DNA of 61,307 nucleotides from Bacillota bacterium (GTDB lineage Bacteria; Bacillota; Clostridia; Lachnospirales; Lachnospiraceae): NCBI GenBank assembly GCA_023416695.1, contig JAEZGY010000064.1, positions 1 to 61,307 of the forward strand, read 5' to 3'. Shown piece by piece: positions 28,566 to 36,255 of this stretch (position 1 is its first letter; each line of letters starts with the position of its first letter). The notes under the pieces were generated by a model. It saw only the letters and a program-made list of their open reading frames with translations, ran no database searches and was not told where the DNA came from. The position numbers and the translations under genes were made by a program.

Positions 28566-29093
28566 TTAGCCAAAGATGTTCTGGCGTAGTCGGTTACTAA
28601 TATAAGATGTCTCATTTGGTAAATGCGGCATGAAATTCATATATGGTACGAAAATATTTTCTGCAGCTTCTTTTGCAAGTAATACATCTTTACGTCTATA
28701 GTCATTACGATTCCTCATGAGCATAATAAAGGCACGAGGCTTTCCTGAATCATCCAATAACACATAGGAAAAATTACGAGCGTTTGGTTGGTTTGCGAAT
28801 TCACTAGGAGAAACCTCTTTGCGAACAGTAAATTCACCATACTCAGTGGCAAAAATTTGCTCTAATTTTTGCTCTAGATTGCTATAAGCCGCCTTATACT
28901 TATGGTCCACTTTAGGTTGGTTATATGTAGTAGATTTTCTTGCGGCGTTTGGACTAGATGAGTCAGTAGTAGTATAACTATAGCTTTGGGAAGAACTGTT
29001 CGAGTCATTATTTATAACCTTTCCAACTTTTTCTACTAAATCTGCAGCACTATCCACATTCAATGTTTTTAGAATTTTATCAAAAAACCCCAT
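28566..29093 (-). CDS. Hypothetical 175-aa protein (S/T-rich linker plus a C-terminal domain that looks conserved); first gene of the RT locus
   Basis: GGAGGG RBS and its own promoter. No TM segments and no family I recognise. Confidence 0.5.
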   Translation of the reverse strand: MGFFDKILKTLNVDSAADLVEKVGKVINNDSNSSSQSYSYTTTDSSSPNAARKSTTYNQPKVDHKYKAAYSNLEQKLEQIFATEYGEFTVRKEVSPSEFANQPNARNFSYVLLDDSGKPRAFIMLMRNRNDYRRKDVLLAKEAAENIFVPYMNFMPHLPNETSYISNRLRQNIFG

Positions 29094-29121
29094 AATATCC
29101 CTCCATATAAATAATATAAAA

Positions 29122-29150
29122 ATTATAGCATAGAATATAATGTCAGTAAA
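29122..29150 (-). promoter_or_regulatory. SigA-type promoter TTTACT-17-TATAAT (minus strand) driving the 175-aa ORF and probably the ncRNA-RT
   Basis: Read from the reverse complement: plus-strand agtaaa at 29145-29150 and attata at 29122-29127. Confidence 0.4.
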
Positions 29151-29195
29151 GGAAAAATATTCAAAAATAATGCATTATAGAGAAATAGGAGAAGT

Positions 29196-29224
29196 TTGAC
29201 AATTGTTTAAATAAAGAATATAAT
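29196..29224 (+). promoter_or_regulatory. Consensus SigA promoter TTGACA-17-TATAAT for the lipoprotein gene
   Basis: Read directly; exact consensus hexamers. Confidence 0.5.
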
Positions 29225-29284
29225 GAAAGAATATGGAATTTATTTCTACTATAGTATTAAAAGTAATGAAGGGAAGAGAGAAAT

Positions 29285-29920
29285 ATGAAGAAGAGTGTGT
29301 TAGGGGTGCTGTTAATCGCCCTAACAGTAGGGGGAGTTTTAGCATGTGGAGATGCAAATAGTAATGTTACTAGTGAAATGGATACAAGCATAATAAGTGA
29401 TATTTCCATAGCAGATGTTAAATTGTCTGAGTTACATAGCCTAAATGATTTTTTAACCAAACTACCTAATAGCAAAATTAGTAGTGTTTGGCTTGAGTAC
29501 GAGGATTCCGATGAAAATGGATGTGAAACTTGCACTTACGATGAACTTTTAACTGATCAGGTAGTAAAAGAAAATCTAAATACAGTAATATTTAATATTG
29601 ATGTTACAATGCCAAATGGGGTAACAAATATAAGCTTTTCCACTCATTATAATATATTTAAGGAGAAGCAAAAAGAATCTGAATACTTTTGTATCGATTT
29701 TATTGAATCAAAAAACAGTATAAAACTAAAGGATAAATTTTTAGAAACATTAACAGTAGAGGATATAAAGCAAAGCTACCAACTAGCAACTAGAAGTCAA
29801 GCAGGTATGTACTATATTGATTTTAAAATGGTAAGTGGAGATCAATGTACTTATACTGGTTATCCGAATAGTTCTACTTTTCAAATTTTTAATACAAGTG
29901 AAAGAGATAGAAATTCTTAA
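29285..29920 (+). CDS. Hypothetical lipoprotein
   Basis: Signal peptide with lipobox VLAC. No family recognised. A hairpin terminator follows. Confidence 0.55.
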   Translation: MKKSVLGVLLIALTVGGVLACGDANSNVTSEMDTSIISDISIADVKLSELHSLNDFLTKLPNSKISSVWLEYEDSDENGCETCTYDELLTDQVVKENLNTVIFNIDVTMPNGVTNISFSTHYNIFKEKQKESEYFCIDFIESKNSIKLKDKFLETLTVEDIKQSYQLATRSQAGMYYIDFKMVSGDQCTYTGYPNSSTFQIFNTSERDRNS

Positions 29921-30037
29921 GTTAAAGGGGATTTTAGACTTTCTATTATTAAAAAAGACTTAGGACTGTTGAATAATCAATGTTTCTAGGTCTTTTATTT
30001 TTATTAAGTAAGGAAAAGTATAAAAAGGAGAGGGATT

Positions 30038-30997
30038 ATGAAATATATTGAAGAGATTAATAAAATTCGTACTGAAATTAATGGTGTTTTAATTGGAAAG
30101 GAAGACAAGGTTGAGCTTGTTCTTAATGCATTTCTATCAGGAGGACATGTTTTATTGGAGGATGTGCCTGGAGTGGGAAAGACAACACTTGCCAATGCTC
30201 TGGCTCGTTCTTTGGATGTAAGCTTTGGAAGAATCCAATTTACCCCAGACACTTTGCCTAGTGATGTCACTGGAGTATCCGTTTATAATATGAAGACAGG
30301 AAGCTTTGAGTATGTAAAGGGAGCTATTATGCATAATATCATTTTAGCAGATGAGATTAATCGTACCTCTCCAAAGACTCAGGCAAGCTTATTAGAGGCT
30401 ATGGAGGAGAAGCAGGTAACTGTGGATGGAGCCATCTACCCTCTAGAGGAGCCATTTATGGTAATTGCAACTCAAAATCCTGTAGATTTTCTTGGTACCT
30501 ATAACCTTCCAGAAGCACAATTGGATCGTTTTTTAATGCGCATTTCTTTGGGATACCCTAATATGAATCAAGAAATTAAGATGGCAGAGAATTACTTGAA
30601 TCACAGGAGTCTTCAGTGTATAGAAGCTGTTTGTTCTAAGGCTATGGTTAAGGAAATGAAGAAGGAAGTAGAGAAGGTATTTGTAGACGCTGACATTATC
30701 AGCTTTGCCGTAGAGATTACAGAAGCTACAAGGAGCAATGAGAGCTTATCTTTGGGAGCTAGTCCAAGAGCAACCTTAGCATTGATTCGTTCTGCACAGT
30801 CTAGAGCCTATTTGATGGAACGTGATTATGTAATCCCAGATGATGTGCTTAAGATGTTAGAACCAGTGCTTTGTCACCGTATGGTACTATCCATGGAAGC
30901 TAAGCTAGCCAGACAAAGTGCAGAAGAAGTAATTCAACAGATCTTGCGAAAAATAAAGGTTCCGATTCTAAAAAACATTAGTGTTGAAAATAAGTAG
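30038..30997 (+). CDS. MoxR family AAA+ ATPase
   Basis: GHVLLEDVPGVGKTTLA Walker A, and ILLADEINR Walker B with sensor motifs. Confidence 0.9.
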   Translation: MKYIEEINKIRTEINGVLIGKEDKVELVLNAFLSGGHVLLEDVPGVGKTTLANALARSLDVSFGRIQFTPDTLPSDVTGVSVYNMKTGSFEYVKGAIMHNIILADEINRTSPKTQASLLEAMEEKQVTVDGAIYPLEEPFMVIATQNPVDFLGTYNLPEAQLDRFLMRISLGYPNMNQEIKMAENYLNHRSLQCIEAVCSKAMVKEMKKEVEKVFVDADIISFAVEITEATRSNESLSLGASPRATLALIRSAQSRAYLMERDYVIPDDVLKMLEPVLCHRMVLSMEAKLARQSAEEVIQQILRKIKVPILKNISVENK

Positions 30998-31008
30998 AGG
31001 TCGATAGT

Positions 31009-32196
31009 ATGAAACGTAATCGCTTTATCTTTATTCTTTTATTTTTGGCGGCCTATGTATTTGCAGCTAATATAGGAGGAACCATCAGTTACCTAGTTCT
31101 GTATTTTGTTTTATTTATACCGCTGTTATGTATTTTTTATCTAGGATATGTATATTTTCGATTTCGTATATATCAACATCTTGAGAAAAAGGTAATTGTC
31201 AAAGGGGATCATGTAGTCTATAAATTTCATTTGGCCAATGAAGACTTTATTGCCTATACAGATGTAAGAGTTACCTATGAAAAAAAGACTTCTATCGTGG
31301 AAGGAATCAGTCCAGATACCAGCTATAGTCTTCTTCCCGGGCAAGAGATAAAAATCGAGACTACGTTATGTCCTTTATACAGAGGGCAGTATTTTGTAGG
31401 TATTGATTATGTCATTGTTCGAGATTTTTTTCATTTATTTCAGATGAAGTATTCCAACAAAAGCAAAATAGAAGTAACGGTATTACCTAGAATTTTGCAT
31501 CTAGATAAGCTTGAGATAGGACCTAATGAAGAAAGCTTAAAGACCAATCTCAGAGGTGAAAGTGCAAGACAACAGGTCCGTGATAACGAAGTTAGAAAGT
31601 ATGAGAGTGGAGATTCTATGAAGATGATTCATTGGAAAGCTAGTGCTAGAACTGGTAATTTACTCTCTCTAAAGTATATAGACGAACCAAAAACAGAGGT
31701 TGTCAGTATTATTGATTTATGCGAGCTTGAGATAGAGGAATACGAGAAAATTGTTACAGAGGATAAGATAGTAGAGGCGGTATTAGCAATCCATCATTAT
31801 TTCTCGGTTCATACAATTCCTTCAAGGGTGATGTATGGAGATTCAAGTATAAAGGTAAGAGCAATACATAATCGACAGGAATTTGGTCAGTTTTATAATA
31901 TCTGTAAGAACATGAGATTTCATAGCCAATATACTTGTTGTGAACTTTTACAAAGTGCCATAAGAATAGCAAAGGATATCGGATATATAATTTTAATTAC
32001 TGGTAATTTAGATAAAAAGCTTTGTATTAGTTGTAATGAGTTAGTGCGTTACGGTATCGATTTGACTATATTATGTGTTGGGGATGATAACTTATCCTTA
32101 CAAAAAGAATTACTTAGTGACCGAATACATTTACATACTATCCATCTTGACGAAGAAGTAGAAGATATTTTGGCAAATAGGAGGGCAAAGTCATGA
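31009..32196 (+). CDS. DUF58 (vWA-like) protein, MoxR partner
   Basis: DUF58 signature RKYESGDSMKMIHWKASARTGNL, N-terminal TM, and position immediately after MoxR. Confidence 0.8.
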   Translation: MKRNRFIFILLFLAAYVFAANIGGTISYLVLYFVLFIPLLCIFYLGYVYFRFRIYQHLEKKVIVKGDHVVYKFHLANEDFIAYTDVRVTYEKKTSIVEGISPDTSYSLLPGQEIKIETTLCPLYRGQYFVGIDYVIVRDFFHLFQMKYSNKSKIEVTVLPRILHLDKLEIGPNEESLKTNLRGESARQQVRDNEVRKYESGDSMKMIHWKASARTGNLLSLKYIDEPKTEVVSIIDLCELEIEEYEKIVTEDKIVEAVLAIHHYFSVHTIPSRVMYGDSSIKVRAIHNRQEFGQFYNICKNMRFHSQYTCCELLQSAIRIAKDIGYIILITGNLDKKLCISCNELVRYGIDLTILCVGDDNLSLQKELLSDRIHLHTIHLDEEVEDILANRRAKS

Positions 32197-34598
32197 AAAA
32201 AGAAGGCTTATATGATAAGCATGCTTACCAGATTATCTTAACCCTTCTTCCTACCTTGGCTAGCATGATACTTATCTATGATTTATTAAATGTACATTTT
32301 AATGAGATAGCTTTAGGAATCTTGATTTTATTATTCATTATTATAGTAAGGGTATTGGATTATAACAAATCCTACTTTGCAGTAAAAATTGCGCTCTTAT
32401 CTTCCGTTCTATTTACTGTGGGATTGTTGGTATATAATCGGGAGACACTTACCAATCTTAAAAATAAGTTACTATTGGTAGCAGATGGTTCTCTCCATAG
32501 TAGCGACTTTAGTATACCGGAGGTATTGGTACTTACTCTAATCCTTATCCTACTATGTAGCCTTCCTCTTTACCTTGTACAAAAGTATAAAATCGTAAGA
32601 GTGGGTTTTGCTTCCATTACGTTAATATTTTTGTTATATCAGGCGGTTTTTGGAGATATGCTACATCTATATGCAATTGCCCTTATTTTAATTTATGTTT
32701 TTCTTGTGCTAGGGGAACTTCTAGTAGCCAGGTATCTTCCAGGTGGAAAGAAGGACAGTAAGCGTATTATGCTTCATTTAGTACCACTAATGCTTCTGTA
32801 TCTTTTGTTGGTTGCTAATATGCCAGTTTCTAAGAAACCAGTCACCCTTCATGAGACTGTGGTTTCTAGTGTCCAGTCCACAGTAAGTAGGTGGTACAGA
32901 GAGATTCAATACTGGTTGGCGCCAAATAAAGGAGAATACGGCGTAAGCATGATAGGCTATAGTGAGGATGCAGGATTTAACGACATCGATGGAAATAATG
33001 AAAGTATTAGCTTGCAGATATTTAGCAAGAATCCACTTGGTCAACCAGTGTATCTTCGAGGTAATTGGAAGAATATATATACAGGACAGAATTGGGAAGA
33101 GAAGGTGGAGGAAACAGACATTTATACGGGCTACTCTGAAACTTCATTGGATTGGACAGAATTATTGTATGCAATGTATCGTTACGATAATCTAAACAGT
33201 TTGGAGCAGTTAGTTAGAATAGATAATATGGATGTGCTGTATAAGGACATAGAGACCAGTTCTATCTTTCTTCCACTAAAAACTACCAATCTTCAGGCTG
33301 GAATGACACTAAATACTAGTATGCCTAATAACCTTAATTATGAAACCTTAAAGAGAGAGGGGAATGAGTATAGTTTTTCTACTTTGAAGCTAAATTATCA
33401 ATCATCAAGATGGAAGGATTTCACCTCCAAAGAGCAGAATTATACCTATAGTAGCCAACAAGAGGTAGATATGACAAAATATCGTAAACGAATCCGGGAT
33501 TATAACATAAGTATAGGCCTGGATTGTTACTTTAGTGATGAGGATATTTTGTCAAAACGAGCTATTTACATAAAGGATCAGTTTACAAATGTGCCAGAGG
33601 AATTACCTAAGAGGGTAGGAGACCTTACTAAGAAAATTACAGAGGGGTGTAACACTCCATTAGAGAAGTGTGAGGCGATAAAGTCTTATTTAAAGACCTA
33701 TAAATATACACTAAAGCCAAAGAAGGTAAAAGAGGGTACGGACTTGGTAGATTCATTTTTATTTGATACCAGGGAAGGTTATTGTACCTATTTTGCAAGT
33801 GCTATGGCAGTTATGGTAAGGACTTTAGGAATTCCTTCTAGGTTTGCTCAAGGGTTCGTCGTAAGTACAGGATTGAATCCAAACAGTAGGTATGAGGTGA
33901 AATCTTCTAGTGCCCATGCATGGGTAGAGGTCTATATTGAGGGAATTGGTTGGATGACCTTTGATCCAACTCCTTCCTCAGAAGTTGGAATCTCTGAAAG
34001 TTATAACTGGGATGATAGTGGAATCATAGTTGCTCCAAATGTCACACAGAATACAGATGAAGTGAAAATAGATAATGAAGCCATTCAAGCTTATTATGAA
34101 AGTTTAATGAAAGACAATGAACAGAAGAAAGAAGATGAGGCTCAAAGCTTTAAACTTCTTGAATCAGTAGTGATTTTTTTAGCTGTCATAGCACTGGTGG
34201 GCTTTTTCATAGGAATTGCCTATGTGGCTATTAGAATCTTACTTAACCGGAGGTTGATTAGGAAGAAATGTTTTAATGATTCCTTATATGTCACTATGGC
34301 GCAAATATTTTTCTTGCTAGAAGCCTTAGGAACTCCACTTGACGATACGGAAACCATACACCAGTATTTTGCTAGAATCAAGGAGGAATGGAGCAATCTT
34401 AGGATGTTCCATAAAGAATTAGATGAGATAGAACTAATCTATTCTTCAGTAAGATACTCCAACCGAGTAGTACGAGAAGAGGAGTTACATAAGGTAATAG
34501 AATTTAGACAGGGTTTACTTAATAAGTATAAAGTGAAAAGAAATCTCTTTTACTATTTCCTACTATGGCTTAGATTCTCCATGAAAAACTTCAAATAG
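32193..34598 (+). CDS. Transglutaminase-like membrane protein (DUF4129/TGase superfamily), MoxR-operon third gene
   Basis: Many N-terminal TM segments. TGase core REGYCTYFASAMAVM ... HAWVEVYIEGIGWMTFDPT (Cys-His-Asp). Confidence 0.8.
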   Translation: MKKEGLYDKHAYQIILTLLPTLASMILIYDLLNVHFNEIALGILILLFIIIVRVLDYNKSYFAVKIALLSSVLFTVGLLVYNRETLTNLKNKLLLVADGSLHSSDFSIPEVLVLTLILILLCSLPLYLVQKYKIVRVGFASITLIFLLYQAVFGDMLHLYAIALILIYVFLVLGELLVARYLPGGKKDSKRIMLHLVPLMLLYLLLVANMPVSKKPVTLHETVVSSVQSTVSRWYREIQYWLAPNKGEYGVSMIGYSEDAGFNDIDGNNESISLQIFSKNPLGQPVYLRGNWKNIYTGQNWEEKVEETDIYTGYSETSLDWTELLYAMYRYDNLNSLEQLVRIDNMDVLYKDIETSSIFLPLKTTNLQAGMTLNTSMPNNLNYETLKREGNEYSFSTLKLNYQSSRWKDFTSKEQNYTYSSQQEVDMTKYRKRIRDYNISIGLDCYFSDEDILSKRAIYIKDQFTNVPEELPKRVGDLTKKITEGCNTPLEKCEAIKSYLKTYKYTLKPKKVKEGTDLVDSFLFDTREGYCTYFASAMAVMVRTLGIPSRFAQGFVVSTGLNPNSRYEVKSSSAHAWVEVYIEGIGWMTFDPTPSSEVGISESYNWDDSGIIVAPNVTQNTDEVKIDNEAIQAYYESLMKDNEQKKEDEAQSFKLLESVVIFLAVIALVGFFIGIAYVAIRILLNRRLIRKKCFNDSLYVTMAQIFFLLEALGTPLDDTETIHQYFARIKEEWSNLRMFHKELDEIELIYSSVRYSNRVVREEELHKVIEFRQGLLNKYKVKRNLFYYFLLWLRFSMKNFK

Positions 34599-34612
34599 AA
34601 GCATAATGAAAT

Positions 34613-34651
34613 AGGTAGTAAAAGCCTGATAAGCTTTTACTACCTATTTTT
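34613..34651. terminator. Bidirectional hairpin terminator (AGGTAGTAAAAGC ... GCTTTTACTACCT + T-tract) between convergent genes
   Basis: Read directly. Confidence 0.55.
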
Positions 34652-34656
34652 GAAAG

Positions 34657-35217
34657 CTATTGTACGGAAGCATAGTCTGCCTCTGTAAAGCGATGGTAAT
34701 AAGCTCCCATTTCGCCGATATTGAAACAGTAAATAAATTCATCTATACTTTTGTCCTTATAATAGATTACATAGTCAAATTCAGCATCCGGAGTTTTTTG
34801 GCATACGACATCAGGAGATTGTTTTTTGAATACAGTAAGAATATCTTCAATGGTACAGTCTTTCTTTTGAGTAGTGTCTATTAAATTCTTCAGAAAGGTG
34901 TTGTCCTCATAGGTATCAAAGATATATTTTGTCCCTTCCTCAGGAACAAAAAAGCAATATCGATCCTCCTGTCTGGTTATGGCGACTGGACCAAGAGTGC
35001 TTAAAACCTGTTTCTCAAATACTTTCATTAGTATATCCATCTCTTTTACTGATGGTATATATACGCCAAGTAGTGCTTCTAGGGAAGCAAGGTTATAATA
35101 AATTTGAATACTGGATTTCTCGTATCCAATCTTTACCTGACCTTCATGAATGGTATCCATAATGTTTTTCTTAAGGTGTTTAAAGTCTGGTGTCAATCTA
35201 TCACATCCTCTCAGCAT
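34657..35217 (-). CDS. Hypothetical cytoplasmic protein, last gene of the trxB-like operon
   Basis: 186-aa ORF. The start is uncertain (ATG 35217 or 35160; neither has a good RBS). Confidence 0.4.
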   Translation of the reverse strand: MLRGCDRLTPDFKHLKKNIMDTIHEGQVKIGYEKSSIQIYYNLASLEALLGVYIPSVKEMDILMKVFEKQVLSTLGPVAITRQEDRYCFFVPEEGTKYIFDTYEDNTFLKNLIDTTQKKDCTIEDILTVFKKQSPDVVCQKTPDAEFDYVIYYKDKSIDEFIYCFNIGEMGAYYHRFTEADYASVQ

Positions 35218-35270
35218 TTACCATTTGTAGATATCACTATACACTCTATCTCTTCTCTATGTCAATTAGA

Positions 35271-36140
35271 TTATTTGTTACTTAGATAAGAAACAGCTGA
35301 TAAAGCTGCAATATTTCCTTCTCCTGCAGCCTTTATATATTGATAAGGCGTTCCAACGATATCTCCAGCGGCAAAGCAGCCTGGCAGATTAGTAGCCATG
35401 CCTCGATCTACTTTAATATGATTTCCATCCATTTCAAGCCCCATTAAAAGCTGGTTTGGAGGAGTGCTTTCTCTTAAGAGAAAAATACCATCTGTTTGAA
35501 TCGTTTGGGTTTTTAGTTCTAAAGCTTCTACAGATTCATTTCCTTTGATAGAAACAGGTGTATCCTTAATGACTTCAATATGCTCAGGTAAGGATACCTC
35601 TTCCTTATACATTGGTACATAATAGACCTTTTGTGCAAGGGATGCCACATACTCTGCTTCTTCTTCATCCTTTTTACTATAGGCAACGATAACTACGGTT
35701 TTTCCTCTATAAAGTGGTGCATCGCAGGTAGCGCAGTAGCCTACCCCCTTACCAAGATATTCTTCCTCTCCAGGAAAAGGTTTACCAAAGTTAACGCCCA
35801 TGGCTAGTATTAGGGAGTTGGCTTCATACATTCTATCTTCTGTGCCAGCCTTAGATAGAATGGAGAAATAGTCTCCCATAGGCATAATCATTGTGACCTT
35901 TTCTTCTACGATAGAGATATCCATGTCAGATAAATGCTTTTCAAATTGGTCTTTTAAATCGACTCCACTGATATTAGAAAAACCGAGATAATTATTAATA
36001 CGACTTGCTTTAATTATTTTGTTGCTAAAATCCTTATTGCCAAATAAGAGAAAAGATTTATTGCGAATACGAGCATTAAGAGCAGCAGAGGCACCTGCTA
36101 CACCAGAGCCAATAATAGCAATATCATAGCGCTCATTCAT
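35271..36140 (-). CDS. Thioredoxin-reductase-family FAD flavoprotein (redox-active CATC)
   Basis: IIGSGVAGASAA FAD-binding site, GYCATCDAP active-site disulfide, CFAAGDIVG motif. 289 aa. Confidence 0.75.
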   Translation of the reverse strand: MNERYDIAIIGSGVAGASAALNARIRNKSFLLFGNKDFSNKIIKASRINNYLGFSNISGVDLKDQFEKHLSDMDISIVEEKVTMIMPMGDYFSILSKAGTEDRMYEANSLILAMGVNFGKPFPGEEEYLGKGVGYCATCDAPLYRGKTVVIVAYSKKDEEEAEYVASLAQKVYYVPMYKEEVSLPEHIEVIKDTPVSIKGNESVEALELKTQTIQTDGIFLLRESTPPNQLLMGLEMDGNHIKVDRGMATNLPGCFAAGDIVGTPYQYIKAAGEGNIAALSAVSYLSNK

Positions 36141-36159
36141 GTTTTTTTCCTTTCTAGGT

Positions 36160-36196
36160 GGGAATAATGAAATACCTATAGTACTTCATTATTCCC
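36160..36196 (-). promoter_or_regulatory. Perfect 12-bp inverted repeat GGGAATAATGAA-N13-TTCATTATTCCC immediately upstream of the trxB-like RBS
   Basis: Read directly. It lies between the upstream terminator and the RBS, and a possible TTGTTA-17-TACTAT promoter overlaps it. Confidence 0.35.
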
Positions 36197-36202
36197 TAAA
36201 TA

Positions 36203-36242
36203 ACAAAAAAAACACCCTTGCCAGAAGTGTCTGGAAGGGTGT
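36203..36242 (-). terminator. Rho-independent terminator after the FMN-lipoprotein gene (ACACCCTTCCAGA ... TCTGGCAAGGGTGT + U8 on minus)
   Basis: Read directly. Confidence 0.6.
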
Positions 36243-36255
36243 CAGTATATTTAAC

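Noticed and set aside
27137-29093. Diversity-generating retroelement
   Set aside because: Motif 4 is ISP, not the SQ of DGR RTs. I found no TR/VR repeat pair between the 3' end of the neighbouring genes and the non-coding segment.
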